Source: a bacterium (GTDB lineage: Bacteria > Zixibacteria > MSB-5A5 > GN15 > FEB-12). Taken from it: a DNA stretch of 64,000 nt. The translations under genes were made by a program, and so were the position numbers. The notes under the pieces are model-generated. The model was not told the DNA's origin and ran no database searches. It worked only from the letters and a program-made list of their open reading frames with translations. Location: the NCBI GenBank assembly GCA_043811375.1, contig JBDRNJ010000004.1, forward strand, positions 96,001-160,000, in the 5' to 3' direction. Positions within the stretch are counted from its first letter, which is position 1, and each line of letters begins with the position of its first letter. This document shows positions 21,244 to 31,337 of this stretch, in pieces.

Positions 21244-22680
21244 CTAAAAGGGCATATCCCCGCCCTCGACCGGCTCCACTCCCGCCGGTATCTCCCTGTA
21301 TCCTGACGGAGCCATGTTCTCAAACCGCGCAAACTCCCTTAGGAAAGTGAGAATGACCATTCCGGTGGGACCGTTGCGCTGTTTGGCCATGATGATCTCT
21401 GCTTTTCTCTCGACCTCCTTAAACTTCGGGTCGTTTCTCTCTAAATGCAACATATAGTGTTCCGGCCGGTAGATAAACATGACCACGTCGGCATCCTGCT
21501 CAATAGCGCCTGATTCCCGCAAGTCAGACAACTGGGGACGTTTTTCACCGCCACGCTGCTCCACCTGGCGCGAAAGCTGCGAGCATCCGATGACCGGTAT
21601 TTCCAGTTCTTTGGCCAGCGCCTTGAGATTACGCGAGATGCCGGCCATCTCCTGCTGTCGGTTTTCATACCGCCCGGAAGCGCTGACCATCTGGATATAG
21701 TCCACAATTATGAGATCAAGACCGTGTTGTGCTTTCAGTCTTCTGGCCTTGGCTCTTATCTCCAGCGACGTCAGAATGGCCGAATCATCAATGAATATGG
21801 GCGCTTCAGACAATGGCCCCCCGGCGATAGTAAGCTTCTGCCATTCTTCGTCTCGGAGCTTTCGAGCTCGCAACCGCTGTTGTGAAATCCGGGCGCGTCC
21901 GCACAACATCCGCAGCGCCAACTGCTCCATCGACATCTCTAAAGAAAAAATGCCGACCACTTTCTTCCCTATCACTCCAACATGTTCCGCAATGTTGACC
22001 GCCAGGGCTGATTTTCCCATTGACGGTCGACCGGCGATAATGACGAAATCACCCTTGTGAAGGCCATTTGTCATCTCATCCAGTTTCTCAAAACCGGTCT
22101 TGACACCCAGCAGAGAGCTATCCTCTGACTGCAGGTCTTCGATCTCTTCAAAAGTTGATGGGATCAGTTCCTTTATAGATGTGAATCCCTTGTGGAGACG
22201 TTGCTCGGAGATTGAGAATATGTGCTGCTCGGCATGGTCGAGAAGGCTCTCCACTGTCTCGTCGGTAGAGTAGCAACTTCTGACAATCTCGTTGGAAGTC
22301 TGGATCAAACGCCTCAGCAGGTATTTCTCCTTAACAATCTCTGCATGTCTCGGAGTATTCGCGGTAGAGGCAACGTTCTCAACCAACTCGACCAGATGCA
22401 CACGGCCGCCGGCCTGCTCAAGGTTGCCCGAATCCAACAAAGCATTGGTAACTGTCGTTATATCGCATGGTTCCGATCGTTGGTAGAGCTTCAGTATCGC
22501 CCCATAGATCAGCCTGTGCTTAGGGTGGTAGAACGCCGCTTCATCATCGAGAACCTCTATTGTCTGGTGAAGCGCCTCGGCGTCCTTGAGGATTGATCCG
22601 ATGACATCACGTTCAACATCTATAGACTGCGGTTCTCTACTGTGTTCGTCCGTTCGTTCTCTTGTTGTCTTGTAGGTCAT
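21244..22680 (-). CDS. dnaB: Replicative DNA helicase
   Basis: AGRPSMGKS, FSLEM, VDYIQM, SQLSRQVEQR, SDLRESGAIEQDAD, KQRNGPTG. Confidence 0.97.
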   Translation of the reverse strand: MTYKTTRERTDEHSREPQSIDVERDVIGSILKDAEALHQTIEVLDDEAAFYHPKHRLIYGAILKLYQRSEPCDITTVTNALLDSGNLEQAGGRVHLVELVENVASTANTPRHAEIVKEKYLLRRLIQTSNEIVRSCYSTDETVESLLDHAEQHIFSISEQRLHKGFTSIKELIPSTFEEIEDLQSEDSSLLGVKTGFEKLDEMTNGLHKGDFVIIAGRPSMGKSALAVNIAEHVGVIGKKVVGIFSLEMSMEQLALRMLCGRARISQQRLRARKLRDEEWQKLTIAGGPLSEAPIFIDDSAILTSLEIRAKARRLKAQHGLDLIIVDYIQMVSASGRYENRQQEMAGISRNLKALAKELEIPVIGCSQLSRQVEQRGGEKRPQLSDLRESGAIEQDADVVMFIYRPEHYMLHLERNDPKFKEVERKAEIIMAKQRNGPTGMVILTFLREFARFENMAPSGYREIPAGVEPVEGGDMPF

Positions 22681-22702
22681 AGTGCTTCCGTTAATTACCG
22701 GG

Positions 22703-23473
22703 TCAAGGCGAAGCGACAAACTTGTCGTATCGCTTTTTCAGCTTCTGCATGTCGGCCCAGGTGTCTTTCTTGTAGGCCGGGAAGCGCAGCAGCGCCGCCG
22801 GGTGATAAGTAACCATCATCGGCACGCCTTCAAACTCATGCCATTGCCCGCGCATTTTACCCAACGGTGAACTGGTCTGAAGCAATATCTGGGCGGCGAT
22901 CCGTCCCAGGGCACAGATAAGCTTTGGTTTTATCAGCGCTATCTGTTCCAGCAGGTGAGGCAGGCAGTTGGCGGCTTCATCAGGCTGGGGATCGCGGTTA
23001 TTGGGCGGGCGGCATTTGAGGATGTTGGCGATATAGATTTCCTGTCGCGACAGCTTGATCGCCTCCAGGATACGGTCCAGCAGCTTCCCGGCCCGGCCGA
23101 CAAACGGTTCGCCCTGGAGGTCCTCATCACGTCCCGGCGCTTCGCCGATAAACATCAGGTCGGCGGCGGTATTACCCACTCCGTAAACGAAATTGGTGCG
23201 CGTCTCCGCCAGCGAACAGAGCCGGCAGTCGCGGATAGCCTGAAAATGGGCATCGACAGAATCGTACTGGGCCATTCGCTGCACGTTCTCATCGGTCTCG
23301 AACAGGTCCGCTGTTGACGTTGTTTTTCTCACACAAGTCTCCATCTCGTCAGCCAACGTTACCTCTGAAGGCGGCCGGTCACCATCAACAATCATCTCCC
23401 CCATGCCCAATTCAACCTGGGCGGTAAGAGCCCGACGCAGCATTTCATGTAGACTGACAGGTATCTCTTCCAT
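22703..23473 (-). CDS. Uracil-DNA glycosylase family 4
   Basis: Cxx[36 protein letters not shown]. Confidence 0.93.
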   Translation of the reverse strand: MEEIPVSLHEMLRRALTAQVELGMGEMIVDGDRPPSEVTLADEMETCVRKTTSTADLFETDENVQRMAQYDSVDAHFQAIRDCRLCSLAETRTNFVYGVGNTAADLMFIGEAPGRDEDLQGEPFVGRAGKLLDRILEAIKLSRQEIYIANILKCRPPNNRDPQPDEAANCLPHLLEQIALIKPKLICALGRIAAQILLQTSSPLGKMRGQWHEFEGVPMMVTYHPAALLRFPAYKKDTWADMQKLKKRYDKFVASP

Positions 23474-23501
23474 GACATCCAACCCGGCCTGAAGCTCCAA
23501 G

Positions 23502-24704
23502 CTACAGCATAGGGGCGATCTTTTCAAGCAGTTTGACCGCAATTCTGTTCTTGCTCATCAGCGGCCAGGCATCGGGGCTTTTCCCGGGTATCAGGACAGT
23601 CACCCGGTTGGTTGGTGATTCAAAGCCGGTGACTTTGCCGGGGCGGTTCAGGACCAGCAGGTCCAGTTGTTTATCTTTGAGCTTCCGGCGGGCATTAGCC
23701 AGAGCATTCTCGGTTTCAAGGGCAAACCCGACGACGACTTGAGATGACTGCCTGCCGGAGGCAACTTCCTGCAAAATATCAACGGTCGGCCGCATTGACA
23801 GTCGGCCATCCCAGTTGGATTTCTTGCGCTTTTGCGGAGCCACCTTGGTGGGAGCAAAGTCGGCCGGAACCGCCGCCATGAGAAGGCAGTCGGCCTGCTT
23901 GAAAGCCCGCTTGACGGCGGTCCGCAACTGGGCGGCAGACTCAATGCCTATATAACCGACACCGGCCGGCGGTTGAAGACTGGATGGGCCTGCAATCAGC
24001 GTTGTTTCAGCGCCAAGCAGCACCGCCGCCTGGGCCAGGGCAAAACCCATTCGACCGGAAGAGAAATTGGACAGATAACGCACCGGGTCCAGCCGTTCGC
24101 GGGTCGGACCGGCCGTAACCAGTATCTTCTTGCCGGCCAGAAACCGTTCACCCGCGACGCCACCGAGAAGGCCATCGATACCGTCGAATATCTGCTGGGG
24201 TTCGGCCATCCGACCGACTCCCGACTGCTCACAAGCCATCTCGCCCTCGCCCGGCCCGACAAAGAAAAAACCATGTTTCTGCAGAGTAGCGCAATTCCTC
24301 TGTGTGATCCTGTTCCCCCACATGCGCGGGTTCATAGCCGGAGCCACCAGTACCGTCGACGGGCCGGCCAGAATGATTGCGGTCAGCAGATCATCGGCAA
24401 TACCGGCGGCCGCTTTGCCGAGAAAATTGGCCGTGGCCGGAGCGACCACCATCAGGTCGGCCCACTCGGCCAAATCAATGTGTTGGGGTCCCACGTATTG
24501 ATTGTCAGGAAACATTTCTACTGCAACCGGATTACCGGAGATCGTTTCCAATGTGAGCGGTGTTACAAACCTGCCGGCAGCGCGGGTCATCACAACCCTG
24601 GTATCAGCCCGCTCTCTGCGCAGCAACCTGATAAGGCTGACGACCTTATAGCAGGCGATGCCGCCGGTAAGGCCGATCAGTATCTTCTTGCCTTGGAGGG
24701 ACAT
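23502..24704 (-). CDS. coaBC: Bifunctional phosphopantothenoylcysteine decarboxylase/ligase
   Basis: GGIACYK, APATAN, PAMN, TAGPTRERLDPVRYLSNFSSGRMG, VGFALET. Confidence 0.96.
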   Translation of the reverse strand: MSLQGKKILIGLTGGIACYKVVSLIRLLRRERADTRVVMTRAAGRFVTPLTLETISGNPVAVEMFPDNQYVGPQHIDLAEWADLMVVAPATANFLGKAAAGIADDLLTAIILAGPSTVLVAPAMNPRMWGNRITQRNCATLQKHGFFFVGPGEGEMACEQSGVGRMAEPQQIFDGIDGLLGGVAGERFLAGKKILVTAGPTRERLDPVRYLSNFSSGRMGFALAQAAVLLGAETTLIAGPSSLQPPAGVGYIGIESAAQLRTAVKRAFKQADCLLMAAVPADFAPTKVAPQKRKKSNWDGRLSMRPTVDILQEVASGRQSSQVVVGFALETENALANARRKLKDKQLDLLVLNRPGKVTGFESPTNRVTVLIPGKSPDAWPLMSKNRIAVKLLEKIAPML

Positions 24705-24710
24705 GCTGTA

Positions 24711-25184
24711 TCAGTTTACAGAGACGGCGCCGTCCTCGCCCGGCTCCAGCAGCATCTGGGCTTCAAGCTCATCCACATCGGAAAAAACCACCGATGAAGC
24801 CAGCGAACTGACCTCCTCGAGAACTGCCGGTCTGCTGTCCGCAGAGGAGAGACGGTCCATAATGATCTCAAACTGCTCATGGCTGAGCACTCGGGCATTG
24901 ATCAATTTGAGGAGGAACCCGTGAGACTCGATAGTCAGCCGATTGCGTTCGGACTGGGTCAGAATGCGGTGAGAAACGTCGGTGGCAGGGAATTCTGAAA
25001 AGAAGCGCTGGGGAGTATTCTCAAACCGTCGCATTAACCAGGAATAAGCCGACGATATCTCATCATCGGAATAACCGCGGGCTTCCAGTGTCGCCCAGAG
25101 GTCATCCGTCTCTGAGAGTCGGGAGGCATCTCCCTGAATGTGCTCAATTAGAAAAACAACTATCTCAAGAACTCGATTGCGCAT
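24711..25184 (-). CDS. smg: DUF494/Smg family protein
   Basis: RVLEIVVFL, L.ARGYSDDEISSAYSWL, RILTQSERNRL, GFLLKL. Confidence 0.8.
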   Translation of the reverse strand: MRNRVLEIVVFLIEHIQGDASRLSETDDLWATLEARGYSDDEISSAYSWLMRRFENTPQRFFSEFPATDVSHRILTQSERNRLTIESHGFLLKLINARVLSHEQFEIIMDRLSSADSRPAVLEEVSSLASSVVFSDVDELEAQMLLEPGEDGAVSVN

Positions 25185-25214
25185 TATCCCAACCATTCAA
25201 ACAGCTTATTTAGC

Positions 25215-25243
25215 AAGATATACACTGCCGCCGTTTAAGGCAA
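25215..25243 (-). promoter_or_regulatory. Putative promoter of the smg-coaBC-udg-dnaB operon
   Basis: TTGCCT-N17-TATCTT on the minus strand. Confidence 0.45.
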
Positions 25244-25476
25244 GGACAATCAGGGCGCAGGCCAAAAAAACCGGACCTGCGGCCAGTACTTCCGACCGGC
25301 GGGGCCTTACCGGTAATTGTTATCAAGACACTAATAAGCCAAAGCTGGTCCCCCCTTTTCTATGTGGCGTCAGGTGACCCTGCCTGACGCATTTTTCATA
25401 TGGGGACTGCACATAGCGAATTAAAGCTGTCGGGCAGAGTCACCCGACAGCACTGTAGACCGAAAACCCCCTGCCT

Positions 25477-25545
25477 GTCCTGAGCTTGTCGAAGGGTGCG
25501 CCGCGTAAATCGACGGGTGGCAACCACAAACTTGTTTGGGGTTGA
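25477..25545. repeat. REP-like modules
   Basis: GTCCTGAGCTTGTCGAAGGG (variant of module A) and a 31-bp exact inverted copy of 13283-13313. Confidence 0.75.
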
Positions 25546-25560
25546 GACTTGCCAAATCTA

Positions 25561-25589
25561 TTGACTCCCAGGCCCGTTTTCGGTATATT
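25561..25589 (+). promoter_or_regulatory. Putative sigma70 promoter of the dockerin gene cluster
   Basis: TTGACT-N17-TATATT. Confidence 0.6.
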
Positions 25590-25626
25590 GAGATGGTAGG
25601 GTATATGAAATGAAATGGCTGGTTTC

Positions 25627-25779
25627 ATGAGAGTTTTGGTTTTTAGCTGTGCTTGTATTCTTAGCGTTGTCACGGTAAATGCCGCCACAATTCACGTCCC
25701 TGCCGATCAACCGACGATTCAGGCGGGTATTGATGTGGGGGGAAACCCTGGAAAGCGAAACAAAATGTGTAGAGTCTGA
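25627..25779 (+). pseudogene. Orphan 5' fragment of a secreted beta-helix protein
   Basis: MRVLVFSCACILSVVTVNAATIHVPADQPTIQAGID..., nearly identical to the mature start of the 28549 protein (AAIIHVPADLPTIQAGID); stops after 50 aa, TGA overlapping the next ATG. Confidence 0.75.
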
Positions 25780-28085
25780 TGAAAATACTGAGCAAAAGAT
25801 TCCTCTCAGTGCTTTTCTATATTGTTCTTTATGTCCTCTGCGGCTCAGCCTGCGCTGCCCAGGAGATCGTCTGGACGAATTCGTTTGGGCGTGCGGGACA
25901 GGAGATAATATGGTGGGACAGGACTGTTCGACAAACAACTGACCACGGCCTTGTCATAGGTGCACTTACCGAAGAATTGCCCTCTGGTCCAAATGACATT
26001 TGGTTGGTGAAAACTGACTCCCTCGGAGACACGCTCTGGACTCGTTGCTTTGGCGTCAGCGGCGAGGAGGATGCTGCATATGGCATTGCTACCACCTATG
26101 ATGGCGGATTTGTCATCACTGGTCGGAGCGCGTTATTTGGAAGCCCTTATCTTCTAAAAACAGACTCGCTGGGCAACACGGAGTGGAGTAGCTCTTTCTC
26201 CGGGTACGTGAGCTGGTCGGTGCAGCAGACGTCCGATAGTGGGTACATACTGACGGGATGCACTTCAAGCTCGGGTCAGGGTAATGTTTTCCTCACCAAG
26301 ACTGATTCTGGCGGTAATCTGCAATGGTCAAGGACTTATGGTGGACAAGACCATGATGCCGGATATGCTGTAGAGGGAACATCTGACCGTGGCTACATAG
26401 TTGTGGGCTTAACTCAATCATTTGGCAATCACATTTGGATTATCAAGACCGATTCATTGGGAGACAGTGTTTGGACCACTACTATCGGAGTTGGGAGTGG
26501 TGGTGGGTTCTCAGTATGTGAGGTTGCTGGGCGACCGGGTTACTACGTTACCGGGGAGACCGGTGGTCAGGGAATTGTGGCACGACTCGACTATGACGGC
26601 AATGTAGAATGGACATGGACATTCGGGGGAGCATTTAGCGGTCAAGGAAACTCAATACTTTCCACGCTCGACGGTGGTGCAATCTTGACTGGTATCCACC
26701 GGTTGCACGCGGACACATTTGATGTGTATGTAGCCCGTTTACGCAGTACTGGCGACACCGTATGGTCAGCACGTATTAATGAGGAGGCTTACCAACTTGC
26801 CTACTCCATAGAAAGAACATCACCCACTGAGTGCGTTGTTGCTGGCGTTGTCGACCCATTGTCTGGCAACAGGCAAGACGTCCTTTTGGTCAAAGTGAGG
26901 GACAGGTGCCCAATTGTTGACCGCATTGCATTTGACAGTGACATGTCCTACTACAATCTGACTAATCACAATCCAGTAATCTCGTGGCACTTTCTCGACA
27001 TAGACCTGTATCCACAAGACAGCTTTGAGATTGACGTGGGAACGGACACGAATTGGACGGTCAGTGAGACGTGGGACCCCTCACCTTTTGCTGTCTCAGA
27101 CACTTCAGTAGTCTATTCCGGACTTCCGCTACTCGACGGAGAAACATACTATCTGAGGTTGAGGGTACGGAATGGGTTTTTCTGGTCTGAGTGGTACGAG
27201 ACATCCTTCCGCATGAACTCCATCCCCTCCGTCCCTGCCCCACTGAACCCCATCGATGACGTCATCGTCGGCACAACACCCACCCTCTGGGCCGAGAACT
27301 CCGCCGATGCCGAGGGTGACGCTTTGATATACGACTTCCTTGTGGATGTAGATACGCTGTATGGAGAACCTGATCCGGTCTTGGGCTATGGTATCCCGGA
27401 AGGTGAAGATTCGACCGGATGGCAGGTAACAGAGACGCTGGACGAAAACAAGCGTTACGTGTGGATTGTGCGCGCATTCGACAGCTACGAGTACTCCGAC
27501 TGGACAGGAGGCTATGAGTACACCTTCTTCGTCAACGGCACCCCGGAACCACCGACCGCTCCACAAGCCCAATTCCCACCGGACACTGGCGGAACACCGG
27601 TCTGGGACATGCTGACATATTTCTACTGGGCGCCGTCTACCGATCCCGACCCGCTGGACACGGTCAGGTACAAGCTGGAGATAGCGGTTGATTCGACATT
27701 TATATTTGTCAACACCATCGACTCAATCGAATCCGTGCCCTTCACACTCGACGATTCGCTTTCGTTCGGCACTCGTTACTGGTGGCGCGTGACGGCCTTC
27801 GATAAAACCGGCCTATCCACGCTATCACCGAACACACCTGACTTCTGGACCTGGACGCTCGGTGACGTGGACCATTCGCATGACGTTTCAGTTGGCGACC
27901 TGACATACCTGGTAGCGTTCCTGTTCCAGGGTGGACAAGCGATCTACCCGCTTTTCATCGGCGATGTCGACGGTAGCTGCACGGTTGATGTGGGTGATCT
28001 CACCTACCTGGTGGCGTACCTGTTCCAATCCGGCCCGGCGCCGAAGGTGGGGTGTGTGCCGGGTAGGTCTGACAGTAATATATAA
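25779..28085 (+). CDS. Secreted protein: repeat beta-propeller-like domain, Fn3/Ig-like domains, C-terminal dockerin
   Basis: Signal peptide; repeated 'KTDSLGxxxW' and 'TSDxGYI' units; YYLRLRV, YWWRVTA; tandem GDVD..DVGDLTYLVAxLFQ. Confidence 0.88.
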   Translation: MKILSKRFLSVLFYIVLYVLCGSACAAQEIVWTNSFGRAGQEIIWWDRTVRQTTDHGLVIGALTEELPSGPNDIWLVKTDSLGDTLWTRCFGVSGEEDAAYGIATTYDGGFVITGRSALFGSPYLLKTDSLGNTEWSSSFSGYVSWSVQQTSDSGYILTGCTSSSGQGNVFLTKTDSGGNLQWSRTYGGQDHDAGYAVEGTSDRGYIVVGLTQSFGNHIWIIKTDSLGDSVWTTTIGVGSGGGFSVCEVAGRPGYYVTGETGGQGIVARLDYDGNVEWTWTFGGAFSGQGNSILSTLDGGAILTGIHRLHADTFDVYVARLRSTGDTVWSARINEEAYQLAYSIERTSPTECVVAGVVDPLSGNRQDVLLVKVRDRCPIVDRIAFDSDMSYYNLTNHNPVISWHFLDIDLYPQDSFEIDVGTDTNWTVSETWDPSPFAVSDTSVVYSGLPLLDGETYYLRLRVRNGFFWSEWYETSFRMNSIPSVPAPLNPIDDVIVGTTPTLWAENSADAEGDALIYDFLVDVDTLYGEPDPVLGYGIPEGEDSTGWQVTETLDENKRYVWIVRAFDSYEYSDWTGGYEYTFFVNGTPEPPTAPQAQFPPDTGGTPVWDMLTYFYWAPSTDPDPLDTVRYKLEIAVDSTFIFVNTIDSIESVPFTLDDSLSFGTRYWWRVTAFDKTGLSTLSPNTPDFWTWTLGDVDHSHDVSVGDLTYLVAFLFQGGQAIYPLFIGDVDGSCTVDVGDLTYLVAYLFQSGPAPKVGCVPGRSDSNI

Positions 28086-28513
28086 TAGGGTAATGGGTAT
28101 TGGGCTTAATGTGGAGGGAACGTCGGAATGAAGTTCAAGGATACCGTTGAAGGCGACCTGGTTATTGTTAACCTGTACGGCAAGATTCTCGGTGGAGAGG
28201 AGACTGCCGTATGCCATAGCCGAGTACACGAGCATCTCAATTCAGGCAGGAAGCACTTCGTGATGGATATGGGGAACGTAGAGTGGACAAACTCGCAAGG
28301 TCTCGGTATGTTGATAGGGTGCTACGTTTCTGTCAAGAAGGCAGGAGGTCGAGTGGTTCTGGCAAGGATGGACAATGTTAAGAAGTTGCTGACCATGACG
28401 CGCCTTATACAAGTATTTGACTGCTACGACAGCGTGGAGGAGGCCAAACAGGCGCTGATCGATGAGTCAGCCAATTGAGCGAGGACTGCCCGGCCCCGAA
28501 GGTGGGGTGTGTG
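28033..28513 (+). repeat. 26-bp direct repeats flanking the STAS gene
   Basis: GCCCGGC(G/C)CCGAAGGTGGGGTGTGTG at 28033-28058 and 28488-28513; encodes the dockerin tail PAPKVGCV. Confidence 0.85.
28128..28478 (+). CDS. STAS domain anti-sigma factor antagonist
   Basis: GGAGG RBS; MDMGNVEWTNSQGLGMLI (phospho-Ser motif), LTMTRLIQVFDCYDSVEEA. Confidence 0.9.
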   Translation: MKFKDTVEGDLVIVNLYGKILGGEETAVCHSRVHEHLNSGRKHFVMDMGNVEWTNSQGLGMLIGCYVSVKKAGGRVVLARMDNVKKLLTMTRLIQVFDCYDSVEEAKQALIDESAN

Positions 28514-28548
28514 AGTGACAGTCAGTGAAACACATAGACAAAGGTAGT

Positions 28549-31302
28549 ATGATGAAACGGTTTGGCTTTTTTCTTGCCTGCATGCTAATGGTATCGAGTA
28601 TAGGTGCCGCCATCATCCACGTCCCCGCCGACCTGCCGACCATCCAGGCCGGGATAGACTCCGCCGTAGAGCACTTTGATACCGTCCTCGTTGCGGACGG
28701 CGTATATACCGGCGAGGGTAACCGCGACATCGATTTCGGCGGCAGGGCCGTCGTGCTTAAGTCCCAGAACGGTCCGGAGTCGACCATTATTGATTGCGAG
28801 GGCGACTCCACGAATCCGCACCGTGGGTTTATCTTCGATACCGGTGAGGATTTCATGACGGTGGTCCAGGGCTTTACGATTCGCGACGGGCACATGTACT
28901 TCGACGACACCACCATCACCTATGGCGGTGGCATACGCTGCGACTCGACCTCCCCCACCATCGTCGACTGTATCATCGAAGACTGCTGGGCTATGATGGG
29001 CGGCGGCATCTCCTGTAACGGCGCCTCACCAAGGCTGGTTGACTGCATCATCAGGGCCAACTATTGCTACCTGTGGGGCGGTGGCATGCAATGTAGTCAA
29101 TCATCGCCGGTTCTGTCGGGCTGTCTTTTTCAGAATGACACCTCCCGACACTCCGGCGGTGCTATTTACATGCAGGACAACTCTTCCCCAGCCATAACCG
29201 ATTGCCGTTTCGAGACCAACTTCAGTTGGGGCGGTACCGGGGGCATCTACTGCCTGGTGGACTGCTCTCCGACATTTGATGACTGTCTCTTCATCAGCAA
29301 CACCGGTCATAACAGTCACGGCCTGTCGCTGTATCGCTCATGCTCATCTGTTCTGACCAACTGCACTTTTTTCGGAGGAGGTATCTACTGCGGACGCGCT
29401 TCCTCACCCACTCTGGATAATTGCATCATCGCCTTCAGCCCGGGGCAAGCCGTCAAGTGCTTATATTACTCCGGCGAGCCATGCTACCCGACACTCACTT
29501 GCTGTAACGTCTATGGCAACGCCGGCGGCGACTGGATTGATTGCATCGCCGGTCAAGACAACGGCAACGACAATATCTGGGCTGATCCTCTCTTCTGCGA
29601 TACCGCCGTCGGGGACTATCATATTGACGAGATTTCACCGTGCTCTCCTGCCCTCAGCGGCTGCGGCACGCTGATCGGCGCCATGGAGGTGGGCTGTGGA
29701 GCACCCGCACGGGTGTGGTTGGTGAATGCCGGTGGCACCGGCGATGCGCCCACCATCCAGGCCGCGATTGACTCCTGCTCAACTCTTGATACGGTTCTGC
29801 TGGGACCGGGCACCTACTCCGGGACCGGCAATCGTGATATGGAGCTGCGCGGCAAGAGCATCATCCTGACTTCTGTCGCCGGCCCCGAACAGACCGTCAT
29901 CGATTGTGGGGGCAGTGCCTCTGAGGAACACCGGGGGTTTTATCTGCACCAGGGGGAGGACTCGACCTCCCTCATAGAAGGCTTAAGCGTAGTCAACGGA
30001 TATTCCGACTCCCAAAACGGCGGTGCGATCTTGTGCGTCGGCTCCTCCCCCAGCATACGCAACTGTGTTTTTAGAGGCAACCACGCCTACTCGGGCGGCG
30101 CCGTTGCCTGCGACGAGCTGCTTTCGCTTCTGCGATTCGAAACTTGTACGCTCGACAGCAACTCGGCCGGCAACAACGGCGGAGCCATCTTCACCAGCTC
30201 GTCCATTGCTCTTGCCAACTGCGTTGTGTCACGCAATAGCGCCACGGCTAACGGCGGCGCCATACATTTCTACAGCAACGACACCACTATGTACAGCTCT
30301 GACACATCCTACCTGACCTTCTGCATCTTCGATGACAACCACGCCGGCAGCAACGGCGGGGCGCTGTATATGGCAAATGCCTCTCCCTATGCCAGGAACT
30401 GCACCTTTTACGGCCACAGCAACAGCTACGGCGGCACCGTTACCATCGCCTCCTACTGCTCACCGTTTTTTGACCGGTGCCTCATCGCCTTTAACGAAGG
30501 ACCCGCAGCGGTGGCATGCCTCTCCGCTTATGCCAACCCTTACTTTTGGTTGTCTGATATATACGGCAACTCGGGTGGTGACTGGGCCGACTGCATTGCG
30601 GATCAGTATGGCGCCAACTGCAACTTCTCGGCTGACCCCTGGTTCTGCGACACTGCCGCCGGTGACTTCCGACTCTTCGAGAACTCCCCCTGCGCGCCGG
30701 AGTACAACGTCTGTGATTCCCTGGTCGGTGCCTTTGGCGTCGGTTGTTCCGGCGAGATGTCCACTATTGAACCGGACTTGATGCAACTCCCTCTTCAGGG
30801 TTTGCGGTTCACGGAGATGGCAACCGTGCGTCTGGGTAATCTCCAGGACGGATACGTCGCCGGTGATATCGATCCCTCGTCGGTGCTGGTCAACACGACC
30901 ATCGTGCCTACTGACTGGGAGGTGTTGCCGTCACACCCGGATTTCGGTGGTGAGGTCTTCCAGGTCACTTTCCCCGTTGAAGATTTCCTTATCACTTATG
31001 GGTTGCAGATGGATACAACCGTCCATATACACAACGTGTCCGGCGAATACAACGACCAGAGCAGCTTCTCCGTCGACGGGACCGTTACCATCGTCGGCCA
31101 CATTACCGGCGATATGGACGATAACGGTTCCATAGACGTTGGCGACCTGACATATCTGGTAGCCTTCCTGTTCCAGAGCGGTCCTCCACCGCCGGTGCCG
31201 GCGGCCGGCGACATTGACGGATCGGGCAGCATTGACGTCGGTGACCTGACCTATCTTGTTGCCTATTTGTTTCAGGGCGGACCGGCACTGCTGCGCCCCT
31301 AG
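28549..31302 (+). CDS. Secreted tandem right-handed parallel beta-helix (PMP-like repeat) protein with C-terminal dockerin
   Basis: Signal peptide; two TIQAxID...G.GNRD units; GGAI/GGGI and FxxN repeats; ADPxFCD; duplicated dockerin motif. Confidence 0.9.
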   Translation: MMKRFGFFLACMLMVSSIGAAIIHVPADLPTIQAGIDSAVEHFDTVLVADGVYTGEGNRDIDFGGRAVVLKSQNGPESTIIDCEGDSTNPHRGFIFDTGEDFMTVVQGFTIRDGHMYFDDTTITYGGGIRCDSTSPTIVDCIIEDCWAMMGGGISCNGASPRLVDCIIRANYCYLWGGGMQCSQSSPVLSGCLFQNDTSRHSGGAIYMQDNSSPAITDCRFETNFSWGGTGGIYCLVDCSPTFDDCLFISNTGHNSHGLSLYRSCSSVLTNCTFFGGGIYCGRASSPTLDNCIIAFSPGQAVKCLYYSGEPCYPTLTCCNVYGNAGGDWIDCIAGQDNGNDNIWADPLFCDTAVGDYHIDEISPCSPALSGCGTLIGAMEVGCGAPARVWLVNAGGTGDAPTIQAAIDSCSTLDTVLLGPGTYSGTGNRDMELRGKSIILTSVAGPEQTVIDCGGSASEEHRGFYLHQGEDSTSLIEGLSVVNGYSDSQNGGAILCVGSSPSIRNCVFRGNHAYSGGAVACDELLSLLRFETCTLDSNSAGNNGGAIFTSSSIALANCVVSRNSATANGGAIHFYSNDTTMYSSDTSYLTFCIFDDNHAGSNGGALYMANASPYARNCTFYGHSNSYGGTVTIASYCSPFFDRCLIAFNEGPAAVACLSAYANPYFWLSDIYGNSGGDWADCIADQYGANCNFSADPWFCDTAAGDFRLFENSPCAPEYNVCDSLVGAFGVGCSGEMSTIEPDLMQLPLQGLRFTEMATVRLGNLQDGYVAGDIDPSSVLVNTTIVPTDWEVLPSHPDFGGEVFQVTFPVEDFLITYGLQMDTTVHIHNVSGEYNDQSSFSVDGTVTIVGHITGDMDDNGSIDVGDLTYLVAFLFQSGPPPPVPAAGDIDGSGSIDVGDLTYLVAYLFQGGPALLRP

Positions 31303-31337
31303 AACGATATTGAACTCATGGAGATCGGAGGAATATC

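Noticed and set aside
14003..24797. Long plus-strand ORFs such as 14003-15112 and 23832-24797
   Set aside because: Antisense shadows of GC-rich housekeeping genes with no recognisable motifs
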